From assembly GCA_964252035.1 (NCBI GenBank), contig OZ176201.1: 64,000 nucleotides of DNA, one strand, 5' to 3'. This document shows positions 1 to 10,651 of this stretch, piece by piece. Below the pieces are notes generated by a model. The model saw only the letters and a program-made list of their open reading frames with translations, was not told the origin of the DNA and did not search any database. Each line of letters begins with the position of its first letter. The first letter of the stretch is position 1. Made by a program: the position numbers and the translations under genes. The DNA is from Podarcis erhardii. Lineage: Eukaryota.

Positions 1-961
1 CTGTTGCTGCTATGGCATGCTCTGTGTCTATGAAACTAATGCAGAGGTAAATAACATGTGGGCCATGTGTGGACCCCCCACCAGGTGATTTCTGGTGGCC
101 CCCAACAATTTGGCTGCTGTCATTGTTTACTGAGAAGGACTTGGTGTTGCTGAGCACTGTTGTGTTGTACTGGTGTGAGCATTGGTTCAGCTTAGTGTCT
201 GGAAGGTATATCTTCTGAGTAGCTGTAAATTTTCTTCAGAAAAATGGATTTTCAGGACAGTCAGTTAAGTCATCTATTAACGTCAGTCTTTTTGGGTCTT
301 AAAATTCCATCTCATCCCAGTGTATTTATTAACAGAACAACTGTTAAAACTCCATACGAGATCTGCTCTTCTAGATATATGTCCTCTGCTAAAGGAGATG
401 AGGAAATTGTTTTGTGGGTTTCTTGTCCTGTGAAACTAGAGACATGCTGTCAACAAAGAGGTTCCAGCTCTTGTGCAAAAGGAAGATAATAATAATTATG
501 TGACAATTATGTTTGCTTATATTGGCTTGGTTCTGTGTGTTCTGCTTTAATAACGAAATTGTCTGAAAATATTTGACAAGGAAGGTATCTGTAGAAAAGA
601 ATAGGTAGAGAAGGCACTGCATGTATTTCCAAGTGTTTTCTACAACTACTGATACTTAAGAAAATGAAGCATATTCTTTCATCACACAGCAGTTTCTGCA
701 TTACGTAGTAAACTCAGACGTGCAAGATATTCACCACCTCACACGTAAATGATTTTGATTGGTAAATGGAACAGTTATCGTAGATTAGTCAAATAATTTA
801 GCTTCGAATCTTGACACATATTGACCCCTTTTCCTCTTCCATTATAAGTGCTACTATTATATTTCATGAGAGCAGGGATTTTGGGGTGGCTTCAGAATGA
901 CAACTAGTCCTTGTATGCTGCCATTAGACTGAGTTGTTATTCTTCGCATTTTGTTGTCCAG

Positions 962-3900
962 GGCTAAATATGCTGTTGGTGCAATAAAGAAGAAAGTCAA
1001 CGACAAGAATCCACATGTGGCTCTCTACGCACTAGAGGTAAGCTAAAGTGAACACAACTTCCTCAGGGTGTATTCACTTTCCCAGGTCAATGAGAGAAGC
1101 TTTCTTTCCCTAAACTTGCGAGGGAGATGTGCAGCCAGCCCAATTTTGTTCAAAGGAGGACCAGAACTTCTGCTGCTAATTACTTTTAACTAGGGCAATA
1201 TTAAAAGGGGATTAGACCGATTCCTGGTGGATAAAGCTATCAGTTCCTCTAATACCAGAGGCGGTATGCCTCTCAATATCAGTCCTCTGGGGGAAAACTG
1301 GGGGAAAGGGCTGTTGCATTTGTATTTGTTGCTGGTGGTATTTCCATGGACATCTGGTTGGCAACTGAGGGAAACAGGATACTTGACTATATAGGCCTTT
1401 GGCCTGATCCAGCAAGGCACCTCTTTGGATATTTGGTCAGGGGCAGTTCATGTTCATGAATATATTTTCCTTGTAGGTCTTGGAATCTGTGGTAAAGAAC
1501 TGTGGTCAAACAGTTCACGATGAAGTAGCTAACAAACAGACCATGGAGGAGTTGAAGGAATTGCTGAAGGTAGGAGCTTTTTGGTTGTTTCTCCTCTCCG
1601 TAAACAGCTGTTTAAAGAAAAAGAAATCCAAATTTATAAACAGTGAAGCACCCTCATAGGCCAAACATTGAGTTCCTTTCCAGCAGGAGAAAATTTACAA
1701 GGAAAACCACTCTTTCTGTCCTTCCCACCCCTAGTAGAAGATGAATATATAGGTAGTGAGCAAAGAGAATAACTGAGGTTGGGTTTCTGATACTAGATGG
1801 CAAGGGGCATTTCTCCAAGTGTCATTTCCCAGTTAAATTGCGCTTACGCTGTCCTCTTGGGAGATTGTGGGTTCGTTTCCATTGGGCATATTGCCTGATC
1901 CTGGCTCTGCACATTTCTACAGAGACAAGTTGAAGCCAATGTTCGCAACAAGATCCTGTACTTGATCCAGGCATGGGCTCATGCCTTCCGCAATGAACCC
2001 AAGTACAAGGTGGTGCAGGACACTTACCAGATCATGAAGGTTGAAGGTAAGGATGAGTGACCTGTGCTGTGAAGAAGGGGGGGGGGGAGACGGAGTATGT
2101 TCAGTTGGGGATCTGGAGAAAGCACACTGGTGCATTTGTTTTAAGAAACAGCAATGACCAGCTTCCATGTAGCATGTCAGTGTCTTAGGTATAAGCCCTA
2201 ATGGAACACAGTAGCTTCCAGAGCCAAGAAGAATTTCTGTGATCTTTGTCACTTGTGATATGATGATATGTTGGACTATGGATCAGGCAGTTTGTTGGAC
2301 TTAATTCTGGAAGGCCAATCTATGCAGATCGCTCTAGCCTCATCCCTTCAGTACTTTTGTGGGGATGTCATGTTTTCTTTGGTTGGAAAAGGGAACGTGG
2401 TGAGGAGGTAAATGGCTTGTGTGCACAGCTTCTCAGGTCTGTCACTTGGTGCCCCCATCCCAAGTACCAGCTAGTGCCAGTGGTTGAAGATCCCAACAGA
2501 GTGACATTGTTGATCTTTCCTGCAGGTCATGTTTTCCCAGAATTCAAGGAGAGTGATGCCATGTTTGCAGCGGAAAGGGTGAGTGTCCCAATTGGGAAAG
2601 GGGCACGCCTCACATATGGAAATGATTTGGACTTTTTGTGGTAATTATAATCTGTCTTGATACTTCTGTTGCTGAGTTTGGGCTGAATCAGTCTCCAGTG
2701 AAAATTCAGCTGCCTGGGGGTGGGTGACAGCAAAAATAGAACATATCCCATTCGATTTGTACATTGTGGGCTGTGGGAAGTAAGAGAAGCTAATTGTGTT
2801 ACTTACTTGCTTATCTCGTTTTTATAATGTTCTTCACAACAGCATCCCAGGGTGGTTCACAAAAGGTAAAAAAATGTGCAGAACTAAAGCCAACATTAAA
2901 AGCAACAGCAGAAAGTAAATACTTCTAATAGATTGTTACGGAATCAGATTGCTCATAACCCAGGGGTGCCCAAACTTATTTTTCAAAGAGGGCCAGATTT
3001 GATGAAGTGAACATGCACAAGGGCCGACCAGAATTGTTGAGCTTTTTTTAGAATTGAAGTTGCTGAGCTTTTTTTTAGGATTTTGCCCCGGGACATATAC
3101 TGCCATGGTGCATTTTGAGCAACCTATGTAACTGAAGTAGGAAGGACACCTGGTAGATCTCCAGAGGCAGCGGAATTCCACATGGAGGGTGCCACAACTG
3201 AGAAGGCCCTCACACGGGTCTTTCACACAACCACACCCTACATACCAAGCACTACACAGGGGTGGAACCACAAGAAGGGCCCCTTCCACAGATATTAGCT
3301 TGCAAGTGGCACACAATGAGTGAAGAACTCAAACATATACTTGGGTCCCAAGTCATTTAGTGTAATATAAGCCAATATTAATACCTTGAAGTAGACTTGG
3401 AATCAAATAGCTAGCTGGTGCAGATCACAGAAAATTGATGTAATGCGACTCTGTCTTTGCATCTCATTCAGTAAACAAGCAGCGGCATTCTACACTATCT
3501 GCAGCCTCCTAACCATCTTCTAGGGCAGCTCCACATAGAATGCATTGCAGTAGTCTTAACTGTGAGGCTATCAGAGCATGGATCACTCTTGGGGGTGCTT
3601 TTTTCGGGTTCTTAGGATCACTTCAAGGCTTTGTGACGGCCTTTTTGTTACCCAATACTTGCTTTGTTTCTGTGCGGCAGGCCCCAGACTGGGTGGACGC
3701 GGAGGAGTGTCACCGGTGCAGAGTCCAGTTTGGGGTGGTGACTCGTAAGGTGAGTGGTGCAGCTCCCTGTCCCGACCTGGAGCTCCTTTCCTGTGGCAGC
3801 TGACATGACACAGAGCCATGTTATAATGGCAGCAAGAGGAGGTGGTGGCCGGGAGATTTAAATTCTAGTCAGCTTCTATTCTTGACCTCTCCCTGTGTTC

Positions 3901-6900
3901 GCAGCACCACTGCCGGGCATGTGGGCAGATTTTCTGCGGGAAGTGCTCCTCCAAGTATTCCACCATTCCCAAGTTCGGCATAGAGAAGGAGGTGCGAGTG
4001 TGTGAGCCCTGCTACGAGCATCTCAACAAGTAAGTTTCGGAGCTCAGCTAATGAAGAGGGTCATTGGCACAGAAAGGTTGGGGAAGAATGAGGGGTTTTT
4101 TTGGCAGCCTTTCTTTCTACATGTGCATACTCTGGAGGGAGAGAGTTCTTATTCCTCTAACAGTAAACTGAATACAGTCGTACCTTGGTTCTTGAATGCC
4201 TTGGTACTCGTACGTTTTGGCTCCCGAATGCCGAAAACTCAGAAGTAAGTATTCTGGTTTTCGAATGTTTTTCAGAAGCCGAACGTCCAACACAGCTTCC
4301 GCTTGAGTGCAGGAAGCACCTGCAGCCAATAGGAAGCTGTGCCTTGGTTTTTGAACTGTTTCAGGAGTCGAACGGATTAAGTTTGAGAACCAAGGTTCCA
4401 CTGTAGTCTGGCAAGTTTCAGCTTAAAGAGAAAGAGCTAATTGGCTTATTGCAGACCAACAGATGCTACAATAGAGCAGGTGTTGAGTGGTCCTCTCTTC
4501 CCCCCAAACCCCTGGCCGACCACCAGATTGCAGTTCAGCTGTGGTCATGATCCTGGCTTCTCTGTATACACAGGAAAGCAGAAGGGAAAGGAACTGCAAC
4601 CACGGAGCTTCCTCCTGAGTACCTGACCAGTCCTCTTTCCCAGCAGTCCCAGGTGAGCACTTGGCTGTGATGGCAAGGGATGGGTCTCCAGCTTCACCCG
4701 TCACCTCTTCACCCAGGTTACAGTGACTGCTGTTTCTTCTGCCCTCAGCTGCCTCCCAAGCGTGATGAAACTGCCCTGCAGGAGGAGGAGGAGCTGCAGC
4801 TGGCCATTGCACTCTCCCAGTCAGAGGCAGAGGAGAAGGAAAGGATGGTTTGTGTCTTGAGAATTAGGGGGGGATTCCTGTGACATTAATACTCGGAGGT
4901 ACCCCGCAGGGTTGACTGCCTTGTAGCGCCCAAAGAGCTTAGGTAGCTCAGTGTTCTGCATAAACTCCCTCTTTCACTGCAACAGCCTAGCCCTCAAATA
5001 TGGGAAACTTGTGCTGATGTCGTCTTCCCCCTGCCAAAAGGAGGCATTTTAATTTTGGGGTACTTTGCCAATTGGGTTTTGTAACTACCAGAAGCGATTC
5101 CAGGAAACATACACGTTATGTCGTGTTCAGTTAATTAAAATGCTGCACTAACTTTCCCATTTTGTTGTCTAATTAAGAGCAGGTAAAGACCATGCTGATT
5201 CTGGGTGAATCTTAATTTCATCACTAACTGCACACTTATTTGTGCCATTCTGAGATGCCCGGATGTGGCTGGTAACTTGTCAGGAGGCATGCTTCATGCT
5301 TCATTCCCGATCAGCTTCTGGCTTGCTGGCCGACTGCAAAAGTGGTTCCTGGCTTGCTGTGCAAGTTCAGGAATCGGTGAAGCATTCCTATATCGTTCTC
5401 CCTCTTGCTTTTCCTCTGCAGAGACAGAAAAGCACGTATTCCACATACCCCAAGGCTGAGCCGACACCAGTCACCTCATCGGCTCCACCAGTCAACACCC
5501 TCTATTCCTCACCTGTGGTAAGTGCCCACCCACCTGGAGAGATTTCCCCTTTTGCCATTTAGACACTTCTCCCGTGTCATGAACATTCTGTGGTTCTTTG
5601 GTAAGTCCAATGATGTCCATGGGAGGGGAAGAGAATGTGTGTTGGCTTTTCCTCTCACCTTGCTTCAGCAGCTCCTTCTGCTCACAAGTCCCCTCATGCC
5701 TTGAAGCTTGAAAAAGGCAGCGTTTCAAGCTTGATCTCCTAAGAGAAGGGGAGGCAGTGGGGGCACCCATCTTTGCATGGGTGGTTAATCCTGTAATATG
5801 TGTCTTATTTCAGAACTCCTCTGCACCTCTGGCCGAGGACATTGACCCTGAGGTAAGACCCCCCATCCCCATAAGCCATTTTGTACTCCGCTGGTATCAG
5901 CGACACCCTGGCTAGTGACACCCAGCTTGCTTCCTGTTTCCCAACATCTCCTTGCAGTTGGCTCGGTACTTGAACCGTAACTACTGGGAGAAGAAGCAGG
6001 AGGAGGTGCGCAAGAGCCCCACCCCTTCAGCCCCGCTATCCATGGGGGAGCCAGCAACCCAGAACACCGAGGTCCAGCCTGCCCCGCTCAGTGTGGTGGA
6101 GGTAAGAGCAGCCTTCCTTTCTGTGTGCTCTTAGGATGCTCCACAGTAAGACAGAATTAGGCTCAGCCGCTGGGTTTGTTTGGTTTTTTTCCTGAAATGG
6201 TTGCCAGCTGGTGAGCAACTGCTGTTTCTTTCTCCAATGTGAGCAGCGGGATTAAAGGCCAGGCGTGGAGTGCGGCAAGCTTTCTGTGCTGCATTTGAAG
6301 AGTCTGGAGGTTTAAGGTTTTTACAGGAGATGCATCGCCTTTTAGGGAAACAGGACAGGGTTAACCCAAGGCAGCTGAAGCCACATTGAAAAATGAACTC
6401 TGTTGAGCTTTAACTTAGTTGGAATTGTGGCTTCCAGTTAATGGTCTCCCCATCTCTCTCTGATGGTCTCCCCAGCAGCAATACCAAAACGGCGAGACAG
6501 ACGAGAGCCACGACCAGTTCCTGAAGGCTCTGCAGAACGCCGTCACCACCTTCGTCAACCGCATGAAAAGCAACCACCTGCGCGGCCGGAGCATCACCAA
6601 TGACTCCGCCGTGCTCTCACTCTTCCAGTCCATCAACAGCATGCACCCTCAGCTCCTGGAGCTGCTGAACCAGTTGGATGAGCGCCGCCGTAAGTTCCCA
6701 GGGCCCCGGCCCTTAATGTGGGCAGAGACCTGCGGGAGGAGCTTGTAGCACGGTTGGGATCACCTCTCTCCCCATTAAATCATAGGCGGTTAATTGACTT
6801 CCTTGCGTTGAACCAAAATGGGCATTGGGGCTTCCTTTCCACTTTTGGGGGTGGGAAGGAAGGGAAGATGGCGTGATGCCTTTGGCCCACGCTGAGGAGT

Positions 6901-9619
6901 CTGCCCTGCTTTCCTTGAGGTGAGAGCTATAATATAATATTTTTATTATTTATACCCGGCCCATCTGGCTGGGTTTCCCCAGCCACTCTGGGTGGTTTCC
7001 AACAAAACACTAAAATACAATAACTAACAGGTTATTGTTTAAACATTAAAACATTAAACATTAAAAGCTTCCCTAAGCAGGGCTGCTTTCGGATGTCTTC
7101 TAAAAGTCTGGTAGTTGTTTTTCTCTTTGACATCTGGTGGGAGGGTGTTCCACAGGGCGGGCGCCACTACTGAGAAGGCCCTCTGCCTGGTTCCCTGTAA
7201 CTTGGCTTCTCACAGCGAGGAACCACCAAAAGGCCCTCGGCACTGGACCTCAGTGCTATACCTCCTGTGGATCTCATGGAGGTGGGGCTTCTGACGACGC
7301 CTTTTTTCACCCCTTCCCCCCGCCCAGTGTACTATGAAGGACTTCAAGATAAACTTGCCCAGATCCGGGATGCACGGGGAGCCCTGAATGCTCTGCGGGA
7401 GGAACACCGGGAGAAGCTGCGCCGTGCTGCCGAGGAGGCCGAGCGCCAGCGCCAGATCCAGCTAGCCCAGAAGCTCGAGATTATGCGGCAGAAGAAACAG
7501 GTGAGGTGGCCGGTGCCAAGTGTGTCCGGTACAAAAGGTACACCTGCCCTCTGCAAAATGGTTTGCAAGTGGTGCAGCCTAGTAAAGCATGAAGTCCCAT
7601 GGCTCCCGTGTTGTAATGCATCCCATGTTCTTCTCCAACCTGTAGGAATACCTGGAGATGCAACGGCAGCTGGCGATCCAGCGCCTTCAGGAGCAAGAGA
7701 AGGAGCGCCAGCTGCGACTGGAGCAGCAGAAGCAAACGATCCAAATGCGGGCCCAGATGCCTGCTTTCTCCTTGCCGTATGCTCAGGTATGACGGGTGGA
7801 GAGGCCGAGAATCCCTCCTCCTCTTCCCTTCCGTGGCTGTTCTCTTTGCAAATACATCAGCCAAGTCACCGTCCCTCTCGTAACCTGCTTCCTGTCTCTC
7901 TAGCTGCAGGCCATGCCTCCTGCTGGCGGGGTGATCTACCAGCCATCAGGCCCCACAAGCTTCCCAGGCACCTTCAGCCCAGCAGGCTCTGTGGAGGGCT
8001 CACCTATGCACACAGTGTACATGAGCCAGCCTGCCCAGGGCAGCACCGGACCATACACTGCAATGCCTGTGGCAGGAACAGGTAAGAGCAATAGGATGGA
8101 GGGGGAATGTGTTAGCTGAAAGCACCTGAAACGGGATACTGGGCTACCTGGCCTGGTCTCGGAAGGCTGTCCTTTTCTCATATTTCATCTGTATTTCAGA
8201 TCCCAACATGGTGAGCACCTACATGTACTCAGCAAGCACTAATAATGCCCAGGCAGCTCCGCAAGGGCAGGCTGTGCCCACCACGAATCCTGCCTATTCT
8301 TCCTACCAACCTACACCTACCCAAGGCTACCAGGCAAGTTTGACCCACAGCCCAAATTTCCTCTGCCCCAAATCAGGGGATTAAATCCCAGCAGATTATA
8401 TGTGCTGCTGTGAAAGTGGAGGGGGGAGAGTTCAAGCCAGTGTGGTGATGCTCCTGTTATTATTTAGCTGAAGCACCTATTTTAAACCATTTTCGGAAGG
8501 GTAGCCAAATTAAGTCTGTTGCAGCAAAAATAATGGAGCCTTGTGGCAACATAAAAGACAAAAAATAATAATCTTTGCATCAGCTTCAATGGACTACAGT
8601 CCAGTTCATCACATTATGTGTGTTGTGGTTCAAGCATTTGGATTTGGACCCGGGAAGTCCAGGTTCAAGTCTTCTCATAGCCATCAAGCCCAGTGCAAGT
8701 AGCAAGCTCTCCGTCTTACTTATAGCACCTATGGTAATAAAGTGGAGAGGACTGTACATGCCGCCTTGATCTCCTTGGAAGAAGAGTGGAATATAGTCTT
8801 TGCCAGCTTGCAAGTAGCAAAAGTTTCTCCCTGTGTGTTCTTGCCTGTGTGTTGAAGTTTATCTAGACTTCTCACCCATTCCTGCCTCTTTTACCTTTCA
8901 GAACGCAGCTGCCCCTTCCCAGACCCAGGCGATCCCAGCCATGACACAGGCACCACAGGGTTACATGGGCAATCAGTCGGTCTCCATGGGCTACCAGCCC
9001 TACAATATGCAGGTGAGAGACTCCTTGAAACTGTTGCGCTGTGCCCCTTCTCCAGTGTCCAGCAGACAGGACTGAAGGGGAATTCTTGTATGTGCATAGA
9101 GGCAGCAAAGCCACCCCTAAGCTCCAGGCTGACTCCTGTTATGAATGGAGCCATGTGGATTGGCGGAAAGTCTTATGCCCTCTTCTTTTCCTGCCAGAAC
9201 CTTATGTCAACCCTCCCTGGCCAGGAACAGGGTTTGAGTAACCTGCCACCCCAGCAGCCTTACCTGTCAGGACAGCAGCCTATGTATCAGCAGGTGAGTC
9301 TTCGACCAGCCACTTTGGGGGCAACTTCTTCATTTTATGTTAGGCTGATGCCCTGATTTGCTTCAGCTCAACATTGTTTGGCTTTTTAGCCTCTGTGCCA
9401 TTCCATGGGTTGGAGGACCGTTATCTACAGTAGCTTTAAATGGGGGAGGAGGATGCCTTTTTAAACATGACCTCCTTACTCGCTTCCCCGTTTGCCTCCT
9501 TACAGATGGCACCTCCTGGAGGACCTCCCCAGCAGCAGCAGCAGCCTCAGCAGGCTCCAGTCCAGGTGCAACAGGCACAAGGCGGCAGCGGAGAGGCTCA
9601 GCTGATCTCCTTTGACTAA
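962..9619 (+). CDS. HGS: Hepatocyte growth factor-regulated tyrosine kinase substrate (ESCRT-0; VHS, FYVE, UIM, coiled coil, Q/P-rich tail); 5'-incomplete, spliced
   Basis: Exons: 962-1037, 1477-1569, 1923-2046, 2526-2578, 3681-3749, 3905-4029, 4574-4652, 4749-4847, 5422-5517, 5814-5852, 5958-6101, 6476-6689, 7328-7500, 7646-7786, 7904-8081, 8200-8333, 8902-9012, 9198-9293, 9506-9619 (TAA). The frame is continuous. Recognisable peptides: AKYAVGAIKKKVNDKNPHVALYALE (VHS), WVDAEECHRCRVQFGVVTRKHHCRACGQIFCGKC (FYVE), EEEELQLAIALSQSE (UIM), C-terminal EAQLISFD (clathrin-binding). All introns are GT-AG except 8334-8901 (GC-AG). The first two coding exons lie upstream of the window. Confidence 0.97.
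1209..1424 (+). mobile_element. CR1 LINE 3' end remnant
   Basis: GGATTAGAC...GATAAAGCTATC...CATCTGGTTGGCAACTG...GGCCTGATCCAGCAAGGC resembles the squamate CR1 3'UTR. Confidence 0.6.
2800..3590 (-). mobile_element. Degenerate L2 LINE 3' portion, interrupted by a MITE fragment (about 2960-3110)
   Basis: The minus strand near 3470-3590 translates as VIHALIAS.DYCNAFYVELP*KMVRRLQIV*NAAACLL, the typical L2 ORF2 C-terminal motif. The insert begins CAGGGGTGCCCAAAC (hAT-like end). Confidence 0.65.
4175..4403. mobile_element. Tc1/mariner (Tigger-like) MITE
   Basis: TIRs CAGTCGTACCTTGGTTCT / AGAACCAAGGTTCCACTG; TA on both flanks (4173-4174, 4404-4405). Confidence 0.85.
6932..7254 (-). mobile_element. 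L2 LINE 3' end (5'-truncated)
   Basis: CCATCTGGCTGGGTTTCCCCAGCCACTCTGGG...CACAGGGCGGGCGCCACTACTGAGAAGGCCCTCTGCC is nearly identical to the copy at 34 kb. Possible GCTATA TSD. Confidence 0.8.
8612..8795 (+). mobile_element. Degenerate MIR/CORE-like tRNA-derived SINE
   Basis: Residual B-box GGTTCAAGTC and a tail resembling GCCGCCTTGAT...GGAAGAAGAGTGGAATATA. Confidence 0.45.
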
Positions 9620-10346
9620 TCTCTTGGCTTATGAGGAAAGGGAGGGGTGGGTTTCTAAGACATTGTAACACTACCATCTGTTGGTCACTGCTGTACTCGC
9701 TACACCATTGCTATTACCTTGCGCCATCCCCACCCTGGGGAACGGAGAGCTGAGCCCCCGCTGTCCTAGGTAGTTTCCTGTTGGCTACCTGTACCTCCCC
9801 CCTCCATCCCTCACTAAGTGAGCCTTCTGGGAGGAGCGAGAGACACCTGTGCTCAAATAACCTTATACACTCTTCCTTGGCTGTGGAGAGAGAGTAGCCC
9901 ACTGCCTGATCCTCCTAGCTTTGTGTTGGCTGGGTAGCAGAGCAGAATTCTCAAGGAGTGCCTCCTATGTGCGCCGTTACAGGTTGGAGAGCTGCTCTTC
10001 TCATTGGAAACTGCATTTAAGCATGCTCCAAAGCCAGAGTAAATGGGTCCAGCCCACAGCATGATCTGGGCCTACATCCTTCTCCCCACCTCCCCTTTAG
10101 TACATTCTATGGTTGCATCTTGCCAATCAAGTGGCCTTCACCTCGAACACCACTGCCCCCTCCCCCTCCATGATCTCACAGCCCTCCATGTCTCTTCTCA
10201 GTCCCTTTGGAGAACCCACGACATTGAACACAGCCTGCTCCAGGCCTGCGTTTCTTCTCCCCTTCCTCTTCCCTACTTATGCTCGCTGCTTTTGAAGACT
10301 CATCTCTTGTGTTTAGTGCTGGTGTAGACAGAATGGAACCAGTGAC

Positions 10347-10352
10347 AATAAA
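10347..10352 (+). terminator. Probable HGS polyadenylation signal AATAAA
   Basis: AATAAA about 730 nt after the HGS stop codon, followed by T/GT-rich sequence. Confidence 0.65.
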
Positions 10353-10651
10353 GTATTTAAAACTTTTTTCAGTCTATGCTTCCTCATAGGCCTTGGGTTA
10401 AAAGTTTCTGTCTCTGCAGATCTAGTTGGTGGGTTGTGACCACCAGTGTATGCAACTGGGTACAGGAGGCATTTGTCATCCTGGGGCAGCACAGAGAATA
10501 GAATTTCTTAAAGCCATTCTGAAAACCTTATTTCCCCCCCCCCCCTTCCCCAAAGAAGCTGCAGAAGCATCCATTTCTTTTTCTTAATTTAATTTCCACA
10601 CCCATCCATATAAATAGGGCAGTCCTCCTTTGACTTTTCCGTAGCCAGAGA

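Noticed and set aside
244-489. Possible HGS exon 2
   Set aside because: The translation does not match the expected KATSQLLLETDWESILQICD segment; exons 1-2 are probably upstream of the window.
6135-6145. 11-nt micro-exon candidate in an HGS intron (ttag|GATGCTCCACA|gtaag)
   Set aside because: It would shift the HGS frame, and it lies only about 33 nt from the upstream donor, too short for an intron.
7267-8085. 272-aa ORF
   Set aside because: It is HGS exon 7328-7500 read on through two introns into alternative frames of Gln/Pro-rich exons; not an independent gene.
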